NCBI GenBank assembly: GCA_964540635.1
Contig: CAZINP010000004.1
Coordinates: 55,306 to 119,305, forward strand
Source of the DNA: an uncultured Gammaproteobacteria bacterium
GTDB taxonomy: Bacteria > Patescibacteriota > Patescibacteriia > Buchananbacterales > UBA6539
Length of the DNA stretch: 64,000 nt
Direction: 5' to 3'
A program made the translations under genes and the position numbers. The notes under the pieces were generated by a model, which did no database searches, was not told the origin of the DNA, and saw only the letters and a program-made list of their open reading frames with translations. This document shows positions 1 through 8,869 of the stretch, one piece after another; position 1 is the first letter of the stretch; the number at the start of each line of letters is the position of its first letter.

Positions 1-1
1 T

Positions 2-664
2 GATTGCCGGCATTTAATGCGCACGGAAATCGGAGAAATCCAGGAGTCTTTCGGAGTGCACCAAGTCGGCTCATCAACTATGGCCCACAAGAGAAACCCG
101 ATCAACTTCGAGAATCTTGAAGGGATGTGGTTGAGAACAAAAAATGAGTTCGGAAAAGTTTTGGACACCTTGATTTCCGAACACCAACGCGATTTGGTTG
201 GCAGTAGCGTGGCGCGTGATTTTCCGATTATTCTGATCAACCTGGCTCAGCAGCTAGACACTTTGCGTCGCGGAAAAGCCGGCGAACGTTTTTTGGAGCG
301 CTTGACGGTAAACGCCGAAGCGCTGGAAAGAAATATCAAGCTTCAAGGCCATTTGATCATGGCCGAACCGCTTTACATTGCTTTGCAAATGGCGGGTTTT
401 GAAGGCGATGCCCATGAGTTGGTAAATCGCCAATTGGTGCCGGAGGCTCAAAAAACCGGCAAACCTTTAATGACGGTTTTGCTGGAGCGTCAGGATTCAA
501 GCGCTTTAGAAAAAGCGGTAGGAAGAATTCCTCGCGAGTTGGTTTTGACTATGATGCAACCAGAGACTTATACCGGATTGGCGCGAAAGAAAGCTTTGGA
601 GATTGCCAAGCTGGCCGAAGCTTTTATTGCTGACTATGAACATGACAGTAGAAGGGAGAGTTGA
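2..664 (+). CDS. purB: Adenylosuccinate lyase (PurB), C-terminal part; the 5' end lies upstream of the window
   Basis: The fumarate-lyase signature GSSTMAHKRNP is present. The frame is open back to the window edge. Confidence 0.8.
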   Translation, partial: DCRHLMRTEIGEIQESFGVHQVGSSTMAHKRNPINFENLEGMWLRTKNEFGKVLDTLISEHQRDLVGSSVARDFPIILINLAQQLDTLRRGKAGERFLERLTVNAEALERNIKLQGHLIMAEPLYIALQMAGFEGDAHELVNRQLVPEAQKTGKPLMTVLLERQDSSALEKAVGRIPRELVLTMMQPETYTGLARKKALEIAKLAEAFIADYEHDSRRES

Positions 665-677
665 TGGTTCATTGCAT

Positions 678-720
678 GCGGTCAAGCCCCCCCTGTGGGG
701 CTGGCCGCTTTTTATTTTTA
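678..720 (+). terminator. Intrinsic terminator after purB
   Basis: A GC-rich imperfect hairpin (gcggtcaagcccc...ggggctggccgc) is followed by a T-tract. Confidence 0.6.
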
Positions 721-722
721 AA

Positions 723-751
723 TTGACATTAGAATAAAATATTGGTAAAGT
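723..751 (+). promoter_or_regulatory. Sigma70-like promoter (TTGACA-17-TAAAGT) for the purC paralog
   Basis: A consensus -35 box is read directly, with a 17-nt spacer and an A/T-rich -10 box. Confidence 0.5.
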
Positions 752-819
752 TTCAAAACGATTTTTTGATTTTGAGCAATATTAAACCACCAAGGCACTC
801 TGCTGAGAGGAGAGAATAA

Positions 820-1722
820 ATGGAAGTAATCGGACGTGGCAATTCTAAGCAGGTTTTGCGTTGCGACGAACAAACTTTGGCGTTTCGTTTCACCGACGAA
901 TTTTCGGTTTTTGGCGCGCCGCCCTCAAAACAATTGATTCCAGGCAAGGGTCAAGCAATTTGTAAGGCGGCGGTTAAATCATTTGAGATTGCGCGCCGCC
1001 TGGAAATTGAAACGCATTTTATTGAGCAGCTGGATGAAAATACAATTCGTATCTGCGAAGTTATGGTGATACGAGATCGGCCTTTGAACCGATTCGAAAC
1101 CAACTGCTTGCTGCCGCTTGAATGGATTTGCCGGTATTATTTGGCTGGCAGCTTGCTTGATAAAATTAAAAACAGTTTGCTCAGCCCTTGGAAATTTGGC
1201 TGTTTTGGTAAAGATATTTATGAGGGCAAGCAATTGTATTGGCCGGTTTGTCATTTGACGACCAAGTTTGAAAAGGTTGATCGCGACCTTACTGAAAACG
1301 AGGCCATGGCTTTGGCCCAAATTTCTCCGGCTGAGATGAACCGAATTTGGCAAATTTGCCTTCGGCTTGACGGAGCAATTTCCTTGGCTTACCGCAAAGC
1401 GGGTTTTACCTACTTTGACGGCAAAAAGGAGATTTCTTTGGTCGGAGTAAATCGGCGCGTAGTAATGGCTGACACTTTTGGAACTCAAGATGAGGATCGG
1501 CCGGTTCTAACCTCAGACCTTTCGCGCAACAAGGTTAGCCATTATGGGCGCGAGTATATCCGTCAGTATTTTCGTGAAATTGGTTATGAGAAAAGACTTA
1601 ACCAAGCGCGTCAAGCCGGCCTGCCGGACCCGGAGTATCCGGAAATTCCGGAAAAAATTCTTGAAGAAATTGCTCTTCGTTATGCCGAGTTTGCCAAGCG
1701 CTATTCGGCCGTTGATCTTTAA
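820..1722 (+). CDS. purC: SAICAR synthetase paralog (PurC-like), stand-alone
   Basis: It aligns with E. coli PurC. KGQAICKAAVKSFEIARRLEIETHF matches [24 protein letters not shown], and YYLAGSL matches RNRAAGSL. The RBS GAGAGGAGA precedes the ATG. Confidence 0.65.
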   Translation: MEVIGRGNSKQVLRCDEQTLAFRFTDEFSVFGAPPSKQLIPGKGQAICKAAVKSFEIARRLEIETHFIEQLDENTIRICEVMVIRDRPLNRFETNCLLPLEWICRYYLAGSLLDKIKNSLLSPWKFGCFGKDIYEGKQLYWPVCHLTTKFEKVDRDLTENEAMALAQISPAEMNRIWQICLRLDGAISLAYRKAGFTYFDGKKEISLVGVNRRVVMADTFGTQDEDRPVLTSDLSRNKVSHYGREYIRQYFREIGYEKRLNQARQAGLPDPEYPEIPEKILEEIALRYAEFAKRYSAVDL

Positions 1723-1929
1723 TACGCAGTCATTTGCGCCTGACCGGTAAAGCAAAAAACTTAGCCGGTTTTTATTTTTTTATCCTTTGACAAAATAGGA
1801 ATATTTTGTTAAGGTTTTTTTGGATTTTTTGATCTTTAACTTTTGCTTTTCTTCCGGGGATTGTCCGGTTTTTTCTGTTTTTACTCAACGTCAAAGCCAA
1901 CGTGTCTTTGGCAACGAAAGGAACAAAAG

Positions 1930-3228
1930 ATGCCCGAAGATCGTGTGATTCTTGCCCAAGGCAAGACCAAAATCATTTACGCGGATCCGGAAAATCCGGA
2001 TTGCGTGATTGTGAAAAACAAGGCCGCGATTACGGCCCACGACGATCCGAGTTTGACTCGGCAGTTTGAAAAAAAGGCCGAGTACGCTACGGAAACAACT
2101 TGCCGGGTCTTTGAGCTGGCTCAGGCCTGCGGCGTTTCGGTTTCGTATCTGGGGCAGATTGATGCCACCAGTTTTCGGGCTCATCGCTCGGATATGGTAC
2201 CTCTGGAGATTATTCGGCGCCGTTTGGCGGTTGGCAGTTTTCTGATGCGCCATCCCGAACTTTATACGGATGACCCGAAAAAGCCGCATCGCTTTCACGC
2301 CTTGTGTCGCGAGTTGTTCTTGAAGACAACCGGCCGTAAATTCGGTGATTTGCTTACGGGATTGCCCTGCGATGATCCGTTTATTGCCGATCCCCAAGAG
2401 GATCCGTGGCGTTTGTTTGATCCCAAAACGCCGCTTTGGCAGTTTGAGGGCAAAAAGGTTGGCCCCGCTTCTTCAATCGGTCAGGTCCGTCAGATTGACG
2501 TTTTGCCGATGGATTTTGACCTTGAGTCGGTTGAAAAAAATATCGACTCACTTTTCTATGTTTTGGAAAAGGCTTGGGCCAATTTGGGCCTGACTCTGGT
2601 CGATTTCAAGGTTGAGGTTGACAGCTTCGGCGCAATCTCAGACGTGGTTGACAACGACAGCTGGCGCCTTTGGAAAAATGGCGAGGCCTTTGACAAACAG
2701 GTCTTTCGCGACGGAGGTGAGGCGGTTTTGGATGAAGTCGAGCGCAAGTACGGCTTTATTGCCGAAATGGCCAAGCGTTTGGCTTTGCCCAAGCAAGCTC
2801 TGGTTTGCTGGCGCGGTTCGTCAAGCGACCAAAGTTTTGACAACCCCCACGTCCCCGGCGTTGAATTTCTGGATGTGGTTTGCTCCGGCCACAAGCAAAC
2901 CAAGTTTTGCCTGGACAGGCTGGAAAACATCCAGGCTGAGTATCCGCAAGGTGGTGTGATTGTGGCCGCGGTTGGTCGTTCCAACGGCTTGGGACCGATT
3001 CTGGCCGCGCACAGCTCCTGGCCGGTGATTGCCGTGCCGCTTGACTATGCCGACCACCCGGAGGATGTCCATTCCTCCCTTTCCATGCCCAGCCAGGTGC
3101 CGCTCAGTACCGCCTGGCCGGCAAGCAACGCTTGCCTGGCGGCAATCAGGATTTTGGGTCAGACCAATCCGGCCGCCTATGCCCGTGAACGGGCCGTCAT
3201 CGAGAGTCAAGAGAGTTATCTCGTCTAA
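1930..3228 (+). CDS. purCE: Bifunctional SAICAR synthetase / AIR carboxylase (PurC-PurE fusion, PAICS-like)
   Basis: The N-terminal half matches PurC (GKTKIIYADPENPD...LVDFKVEVDSFG). The C-terminal half matches PurE (VVCSGHKQTK...VIVAAVGRSNGLGPILAAHSSWPVIAVPL...MPSQVPLSTA). The start is trimmed to the internal ATG at 1930; the upstream 29-codon extension is implausible. Confidence 0.8.
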   Translation: MPEDRVILAQGKTKIIYADPENPDCVIVKNKAAITAHDDPSLTRQFEKKAEYATETTCRVFELAQACGVSVSYLGQIDATSFRAHRSDMVPLEIIRRRLAVGSFLMRHPELYTDDPKKPHRFHALCRELFLKTTGRKFGDLLTGLPCDDPFIADPQEDPWRLFDPKTPLWQFEGKKVGPASSIGQVRQIDVLPMDFDLESVEKNIDSLFYVLEKAWANLGLTLVDFKVEVDSFGAISDVVDNDSWRLWKNGEAFDKQVFRDGGEAVLDEVERKYGFIAEMAKRLALPKQALVCWRGSSSDQSFDNPHVPGVEFLDVVCSGHKQTKFCLDRLENIQAEYPQGGVIVAAVGRSNGLGPILAAHSSWPVIAVPLDYADHPEDVHSSLSMPSQVPLSTAWPASNACLAAIRILGQTNPAAYARERAVIESQESYLV

Positions 3229-3253
3229 GTGCCAAGACGAGAGTCAAGTATTT

Positions 3254-3289
3254 CCCGGCGATCCCTTTGGGATTGCCGGTTTTTATTTT
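3254..3289 (+). terminator. Intrinsic terminator after the purC-purE fusion
   Basis: The hairpin CCGGCGATCCC/GGGATTGCCGG is followed by a T-run. Confidence 0.65.
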
Positions 3290-3314
3290 GTTACCAAAGT
3301 GTTAAAATTATAGT

Positions 3315-3791
3315 ATGAGCTTAAAGATATACAAATCAAAAAGAAAGTTCAACCAAACACCGGAACCGGCTGGAAAAAAATTGGTTAAAAATCAAAGCCG
3401 CTTTGTTGTCCAAAAACATCAAGCTTCTCACTTGCACTATGATTTTCGGCTGGAGTTGCCGGATAAAATTGAAAAAGGGGAGTTGGTTTTGAAATCTTGG
3501 GCCGTACCAAAAGGCGTGCCCGAAATCGCGGGTGTAAAGCATTTGGCCGTTGCCGTTGAAGATCACCCGGTTGATTATATTAATTTTAAAGGCATAATCC
3601 CTCAAGGCAATTACGGCGCCGGAGTGGTGGAAATTTTGGATAAGGGCAAGTTCAAGCTAATTGATTTTTCAAAAAATTCTTTAAAGGTTGAGTTGAAGGG
3701 AAAAAAATTAAAAGGCATTTACGTTTTAACTCGTTTTAGTGCGGGTAAGAAGAATTGGTTAATTTTTAAAATCAAAGGGAATAAGAAATAA
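3315..3791 (+). CDS. Stand-alone LigD-type 3'-phosphoesterase (PE) domain protein
   Basis: FVVQKHQASHLHYDFRLE, LKSWAVPKG, HPVDY and IPQGNYGAG match the LigD_N/PE domain signature. Confidence 0.7.
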   Translation: MSLKIYKSKRKFNQTPEPAGKKLVKNQSRFVVQKHQASHLHYDFRLELPDKIEKGELVLKSWAVPKGVPEIAGVKHLAVAVEDHPVDYINFKGIIPQGNYGAGVVEILDKGKFKLIDFSKNSLKVELKGKKLKGIYVLTRFSAGKKNWLIFKIKGNKK

Positions 3792-3811
3792 ATCGTTTGG
3801 TTTTTTGATTT

Positions 3812-4174
3812 ATGAATAAATTGATTATAAAATTTTTTGTCTTATTTTGTATTTTAATTTTTGCCTCCGGCTGCCAGCCGATCGATGATTTGCAGATTTT
3901 TATCTCAAACGAATCAAAGGTGGCTTCCGAAAAACAATCGGCAAAGATAAAATGCATGGAACTTTGCCAAGACGAAATTTCAAGCGAAAAAGATTTAAGT
4001 TCGGGCCCGTGCTTGAGTGAGGAAATTATCAAAGGTTGGGTTTGTGATATTGCTCACAATCCGAGACAAGAAGTTGATAATAAGTCGGATAATCAATGTC
4101 AAAATTTTATTTCTGGTAAGGCCAGTCATTTTGTTGAGCTTGATGGAAATTGTAATTTGATTAAAGCCCAATAG
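3812..4174 (+). CDS. Small Cys-rich lipoprotein, hypothetical
   Basis: A signal peptide with lipobox FASGC is present. The mature part has 8 Cys. Confidence 0.45.
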   Translation: MNKLIIKFFVLFCILIFASGCQPIDDLQIFISNESKVASEKQSAKIKCMELCQDEISSEKDLSSGPCLSEEIIKGWVCDIAHNPRQEVDNKSDNQCQNFISGKASHFVELDGNCNLIKAQ

Positions 4175-4183
4175 TTTTTCTAA

Positions 4184-4216
4184 ATAAAAAACCCCGATTG
4201 CCTCGGGATTTTTTAT
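4184..4216. terminator. Bidirectional intrinsic terminator between the lipoprotein gene and folD
   Basis: The hairpin CCCGAttgccTCGGG is flanked by an A-run and a T-run. Confidence 0.7.
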
Positions 4217-4222
4217 TTAGAT

Positions 4223-5065
4223 TTATTTTTTTGAAGATGCTTCGTAGACGTTTTTTAAAAGCATGGCTACGGTTAGCGGGCCAATGCCTCCAGGCACCGG
4301 GGTTATAAAGCCGGCTGTTTCCAGGGCTTCAACTTCTACGTCACCAACCCACAATTTATCTGCCACTAAATTTGTACCGACATCAATCACAATAGCACCA
4401 GGTTTAATCATTTCTTTTTTAATTAATCCGGCTTGTCCGACAATAACAACCAAAACATCAGCTTCTTTTATTTTCTCTTCCATGCCGTTTCCGGGTTTAA
4501 TGATTTCAGTTTTTAGCCCCAAATTTTCCAAGTCTTTTTTTCGAGTTAAAGAGTAGGCTTCATTATTAGAAATAATGATTGCTTTTTTGCCGTTCAAATT
4601 TTCTTGAGTTGATTTAATGGCCTCAGCAATAGCTTGCATTAAAGGAGAAACAATGCCAGGTTGATCTTTTAAAAATTTTTCTTTATTTATTTTGGTAAAA
4701 CCGTCAACGTCTTTTTTGGGATCAATTTGGTTTATAATTTTTTCCGTATCAAATTTTTTTGGCAGAGGAAGTTGGACGATAATGCCGTCAATATCTTTAT
4801 CTTTATTTAGATAATCAATCACTTCTAAAATTTGTTCCTCGCTTACATCCTTAAAGTAAGCGTCGCCGCAAAGATAATCATAAAAATTTATGCCGACTTT
4901 TAGGCAGGCGTTTTTTTTATTTCTCACATATAGTTTTGAGGCTTCATCGTTGCCAACTAAAACCACAGCCAGGCCCGGAGCGCGGTTTAACTCTGATATT
5001 TTTTTTCTCAAATCAATTAAGATATTTTCGGCAATTTCTTTGCCATTGATAATTTTGGCAGTCAT
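4223..5065 (-). CDS. folD: Methylenetetrahydrofolate dehydrogenase / methenyl-THF cyclohydrolase
   Basis: Full-length similarity to FolD. The NAD(P)-binding region GxxGxxG is present. Confidence 0.85.
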   Translation of the reverse strand: MTAKIINGKEIAENILIDLRKKISELNRAPGLAVVLVGNDEASKLYVRNKKNACLKVGINFYDYLCGDAYFKDVSEEQILEVIDYLNKDKDIDGIIVQLPLPKKFDTEKIINQIDPKKDVDGFTKINKEKFLKDQPGIVSPLMQAIAEAIKSTQENLNGKKAIIISNNEAYSLTRKKDLENLGLKTEIIKPGNGMEEKIKEADVLVVIVGQAGLIKKEMIKPGAIVIDVGTNLVADKLWVGDVEVEALETAGFITPVPGGIGPLTVAMLLKNVYEASSKK

Positions 5066-5082
5066 TGTGATCTGTTATTGCT

Positions 5083-6336
5083 TTAAATGCTCATTTCCGG
5101 ATAAATTGGAAATTCTTTGGTTAAATCTGAGACAACACCTTTTAGCTCATCAAGCACTTTATTATCATTTATATTTTTTAGAGTTTTGGCAATTATATTG
5201 CCAATAATTGTCATTTCCTTTTCTTTCATGCCTCGAGTTGTTAGGGCTGGCGTACCCAAACGAATGCCGGAAGGTTCAAAAGCCGAACCGGTATCATAGG
5301 GGACACTGTTTCTGTTGGCATAAATTCCGCCCTCGGCTAATTTTTCCGAGCCTTCTCTGCCGGTAATTCCCAAATCGCGACAATCAATTAATATTAAGTG
5401 ATTATCTGTGCCACCAGAAACTAATCTGATATTATTGTCCAAAAGTGCTTGTGCAAGAGCTTTGGCGTTTAAGGCAATTTGATGGCCGTATTCTTTGAAT
5501 TCCGGCTTGGTCGCTTCTTCAAAGCAAACCGCCTTGGCTGCAATTACATGTTCCATTGGCCCGCCTTGGGTGCCCGGAAAAACCGCTTTATCAATAGCTT
5601 TGGCAAATTTTTCTTTGCTTAAGATTATGGCACTTCGTGGACCGCGCAAGGTTTTGTGAGTGGTTGTCATCACAAAATCTGCATAGGGAAACGGCTGGGG
5701 ATGATCGCCAGAAAGGCAAAGGCCGACAAAATGTGAGATATCAGCCAAAAGCAGGGCGCCGACTTCATCGGCAATTTCTTTGAACGCCTTAAAATCAAAA
5801 ATTCTCGGGTAAGCGGTGGCACCGGTAACAATCATTTTTGGCTTTTCTTTTTTGGCCATTTCTCTGACTTCATCCAAATCAATCAATTCATTGTCTTTTC
5901 TGACGCCGTATTGCACAAAATTATAAAGTTGACCGGAGAGATTAACCGGATGGCCGTGAGTTAAGTGGCCGCCCTGATCTAATTTCATGCCCATAACTTT
6001 GTCGCCCGGTTTTAGGTTGGCTAAATAAATTGCCAAGTTGGCCGGACTGCCGGCATTGGGCTGAACATTGGCGTGCTCGGCGTTAAATAACTTTTTGGCC
6101 CGATCGATAGCCAGCTGTTCAATTTGATCAATAAATTGATTGCCGGTGTAATATCTTTTGCCCGGGTAGCCCTCGGCATATTTGTTGGACAAAACCGTGC
6201 CCATTGCTTCCAGAACCGGAACAGAGGCATGATTTTCAGACGGAATCATAACCAGGCCGTTTTGTTGTCGCTCAATTTCTTTTTGAATTAAGTTTGCGAT
6301 TATCGGGTCTTGTTGCCTGAGTTTGGTATATTGCAT
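5083..6336 (-). CDS. glyA: Serine hydroxymethyltransferase
   Basis: The PLP-lysine motif TTTHKTLRGPRS is present. Overall SHMT similarity is strong. Confidence 0.9.
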   Translation of the reverse strand: MQYTKLRQQDPIIANLIQKEIERQQNGLVMIPSENHASVPVLEAMGTVLSNKYAEGYPGKRYYTGNQFIDQIEQLAIDRAKKLFNAEHANVQPNAGSPANLAIYLANLKPGDKVMGMKLDQGGHLTHGHPVNLSGQLYNFVQYGVRKDNELIDLDEVREMAKKEKPKMIVTGATAYPRIFDFKAFKEIADEVGALLLADISHFVGLCLSGDHPQPFPYADFVMTTTHKTLRGPRSAIILSKEKFAKAIDKAVFPGTQGGPMEHVIAAKAVCFEEATKPEFKEYGHQIALNAKALAQALLDNNIRLVSGGTDNHLILIDCRDLGITGREGSEKLAEGGIYANRNSVPYDTGSAFEPSGIRLGTPALTTRGMKEKEMTIIGNIIAKTLKNINDNKVLDELKGVVSDLTKEFPIYPEMSI

Positions 6337-6340
6337 AAGG

Positions 6341-6748
6341 TTATTTATTTAATTTTTTATACTCTTCAATTACCGGTTTAATGTTTGGTGCTAAGTTGTC
6401 ATCTAAATTATCAATATCCATCCAAACATATTCTTTGGTTTCTTGGCTTGGTGTGAAATCTTCGTTTAATAATTCAGCCAAGTAATGAATTAATACCACC
6501 ACCTGATCATCCAGCCACAAAACCATCGGCTTGAGCGCTTGGCCGACTTTAATTTCTAAGCCCATTTCTTCTTTGGCTTTTTTGGCCGCCCAAAATTCCA
6601 AATCGCCAACCGGTTGAGTGATATCTCCCCCGGGAAACATCCAGGGTTTTTCAATTTCGCTTTTGCTAAGCAGAACCTTATTGTCTTGAATAATGACTGG
6701 TCCGGAAGCAATAATGACGTTATTAAAATGATGATTATTATCAGACAT
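6341..6748 (-). CDS. NUDIX hydrolase
   Basis: A Nudix-box-like stretch GGDITQPVGDLEFWAAKKAKEEMGLEI is present. Confidence 0.6.
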   Translation of the reverse strand: MSDNNHHFNNVIIASGPVIIQDNKVLLSKSEIEKPWMFPGGDITQPVGDLEFWAAKKAKEEMGLEIKVGQALKPMVLWLDDQVVVLIHYLAELLNEDFTPSQETKEYVWMDIDNLDDNLAPNIKPVIEEYKKLNK

Positions 6749-6783
6749 AAAATAACAAAAAATGAATAAAAGTTATTAGTTAA

Positions 6784-6811
6784 TTATACCAACAAATTTT
6801 TATATGAGCAA
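6784..6811 (-). promoter_or_regulatory. Candidate extended -10 promoter (TGgTATAAT) for the nudix-glyA-folD operon
   Basis: The minus strand reads TTGCTC...TGGTATAAT about 35 nt upstream of the NUDIX ATG. Confidence 0.4.
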
Positions 6812-6822
6812 AGTTTTTATAT

Positions 6823-6851
6823 TTGACAAAATTATATTAATTAGGTATAGT
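6823..6851 (+). promoter_or_regulatory. Sigma70-like promoter TTGACA-17-TATAGT
   Basis: Near-consensus boxes are read directly. They drive a roughly 440-nt plus-strand unit that ends at the 7261-7298 terminator. Confidence 0.55.
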
Positions 6852-6963
6852 TTTGTTTATCAAGTAATAAGGCCTTTATGCTGTCGGGTCTTTATAAAGG
6901 AGGTGAACCCAAAAAAAGTGACAGCAAAATCGAACAAAACCCAAACAGCGAAGGAGACATACT

Positions 6964-7215
6964 TTGTCCAAGAAGAAGGATTCTGCGTCCGAAACGCAGG
7001 CAGCCCCGGCCCCAGTGCCGGAAGAACCACGGGCAACTTGCTGCCCGGAATGTTATATTTCAATACCGGCGTTTTGCACCACGTGCATAACCGGTGATGA
7101 CGGTCAGCGCCGACATTCTGCTTGCCATCGCAAGTATGAAAAGAGGTTGGCAGCCTCAGCCACGAGTCCTGAGCCGACAGCTCTGGAGTTGGCTAGCGCT
7201 GAAACGCCGGCATAA
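6964..7215 (+). CDS. Small Cys-rich hypothetical protein (83 aa, TTG start); the unit could alternatively be an ncRNA
   Basis: AAGGAG lies 7 nt before the TTG start. Cys cluster CCPEC...C..C...C is present. The region is GC-rich and sits between a strong promoter and a terminator. Confidence 0.3.
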   Translation: MSKKKDSASETQAAPAPVPEEPRATCCPECYISIPAFCTTCITGDDGQRRHSACHRKYEKRLAASATSPEPTALELASAETPA

Positions 7216-7260
7216 GAAAATCCCTTGGGGAAGGGGACTTGATCATTTTTGAGGCAGAAA

Positions 7261-7298
7261 GGCCAGACCACCCGCAAGGGTGCCTGGCCGCTTTTTTT
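7261..7298. terminator. Intrinsic terminator shared by the plus-strand small unit and convergent elp3
   Basis: GGCCAGaccacccGCAAgggtgCCTGGCC is followed by T7. Confidence 0.7.
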
Positions 7299-8865
7299 AT
7301 AAATTTTTTAACATATAGGTGCCGTCTAATTTGTATCCAAGTTTGCGGTAATATTCTCTAACACCAATGCCTGAGATTACGGCAATTTTTTTGTATTTAT
7401 TTTCTTTGGCAATTTTTTCTGCTTGTGCTAAAAGTTTTTTGCCAAAACCAAAATGTTGAACCTTTCCGGCTTGGCCCAATGGGACTAATTCGCCGTAGGT
7501 GTGAAGCTCTCTGATTAAGGCTGCGCCGGAAATTTCTTGGATGAAATTATTTTTTTCTTTATTCAAGCGCAAACGCAAAAAAGCAAAAAGAATTTTTCTG
7601 TCGGGCGATTCAAAGCTGAGAAAATATTCTAAGCCGTTGCTTGCTTTATATTTTTGAATAAATAATTTTGTTTTTTGCTTTTTAGTCTTTAGCGTATCTT
7701 GATGACCGGCTTCGCGGCACCTGATACATTTGCAGTATATTTTTTTTGTTTTTAATTCTTGGTCAATAATTTGTCTAAGGTTTGTGATTTTATTTCCGGC
7801 AACAATGCTCTCGGACGGAATGTCGCGAATAAGGCGCGCCAATCTGACGTAATAAGGAATAAGCAGTTTTATTTTGATCAGCAAATTTTTTAATTCTTTG
7901 TCTGAATATGGTTTATATTTTCCTTTTTTATACCAATCGTAAAGCACCGAATTTTTTGTAACCACGCACGGATAAATTTTTAGCATATCCGGCTGAAATT
8001 TTTGATCGGTAAATATTTTTTTAAATATTTCCAAGTCTTTTTTGGGGTTTGATCCGGGCAAGCCGGGCATCAGGTGGTAGGTAATTTTTAGGCCAACTTG
8101 TTTGAGTAAACTGGTGGCCGCAATAGTTTGGTTGACAGTTTGGCCCCGCTGGTTTAGTTTTAAAATGGGGTCAAATACGGTTTGAACGCCGAGTTCAACT
8201 CGGGTACAGCCAAGTTCTCGCAGGTGTTTAACCTCATCCTCGTTAACATAATCGGGCCTGGTTTCCAGGGTTAGGCCGACACAGCGATGAGAGGCTTTTT
8301 CGTTCAGCTTTTGGGCGGCAGTTAAATCTTTTGTTGTTTTTTCGTTTAAGGCATCAAAGCATCTTTTTATAAACCACTCTTGATATTTTTTTGGATAACA
8401 AGACCAGGTTCCACCCAGAACGATAAGTTCAATTTTGTCGGTTTTGTGACCATTCATTTTTAGCGCTTCAAGCCTGACTTTAACTTGTTTGTGTGGGTCA
8501 AATTTGCTACCCTTGGCTCTAGCTGCCGCCGGTTCATTTGACAGATAACTTTTGGGCATACCTTTTTCGTTTGGACAGTAAACGCATTTGCCCGGGCAAG
8601 CATAGGCTTTGGTTAATACCGTGATTACGGCCACCCCGGACAGGGTTCTGATTTCTCTTTTGCGCAAAAGTTTTTCTAAATTTAAATCTTGTTTTATTTT
8701 CTTCTTTTTCAAAAGCTGATTGTAAATTTTTATCAAGTCTGAGTTTAGGGGAGAAGGTATAAACAAGCCGTTGGAAAGTTTTCTTTTGACGTTTATCAAT
8801 TCCGGTCTGGTTTTGATCTTTGCTTTTATCAGACCCTTAATAATTGTAGTTAATTTTTTTTCCAT
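7297..8865 (-). CDS. elp3: Elp3-like radical SAM / GNAT acetyltransferase (tRNA wobble-uridine modification enzyme homolog)
   Basis: The radical-SAM motif CPGKCVYC is present. The C-terminus QHFGFGKKLL...ISGIGVREYYRKLGY matches the Elp3 GNAT-domain signature. Confidence 0.8.
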   Translation of the reverse strand: MEKKLTTIIKGLIKAKIKTRPELINVKRKLSNGLFIPSPLNSDLIKIYNQLLKKKKIKQDLNLEKLLRKREIRTLSGVAVITVLTKAYACPGKCVYCPNEKGMPKSYLSNEPAAARAKGSKFDPHKQVKVRLEALKMNGHKTDKIELIVLGGTWSCYPKKYQEWFIKRCFDALNEKTTKDLTAAQKLNEKASHRCVGLTLETRPDYVNEDEVKHLRELGCTRVELGVQTVFDPILKLNQRGQTVNQTIAATSLLKQVGLKITYHLMPGLPGSNPKKDLEIFKKIFTDQKFQPDMLKIYPCVVTKNSVLYDWYKKGKYKPYSDKELKNLLIKIKLLIPYYVRLARLIRDIPSESIVAGNKITNLRQIIDQELKTKKIYCKCIRCREAGHQDTLKTKKQKTKLFIQKYKASNGLEYFLSFESPDRKILFAFLRLRLNKEKNNFIQEISGAALIRELHTYGELVPLGQAGKVQHFGFGKKLLAQAEKIAKENKYKKIAVISGIGVREYYRKLGYKLDGTYMLKNL

Positions 8866-8869
8866 ATTT

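Noticed and set aside
1843-1929. N-terminal extension of the purC-purE ORF (MLFFRGLSGFF...)
   Set aside because: It has no homology, no RBS and a low-complexity Phe-rich sequence. PurC similarity begins right at the ATG at 1930.
1740-1930. Possible purine or ZTP riboswitch in the long leader of purC-purE
   Set aside because: A CCGGGGA string is present, but the other conserved ZTP (GACUGGCG, CCGCCUGGGC) and purine-riboswitch elements are absent.
8771-8869. Longer methyltransferase ORF starting at 8771
   Set aside because: The extension overlaps the divergent elp3 coding start and encodes a hydrophobic low-complexity peptide. The SAM-MTase homology starts after the ATG at 8870.
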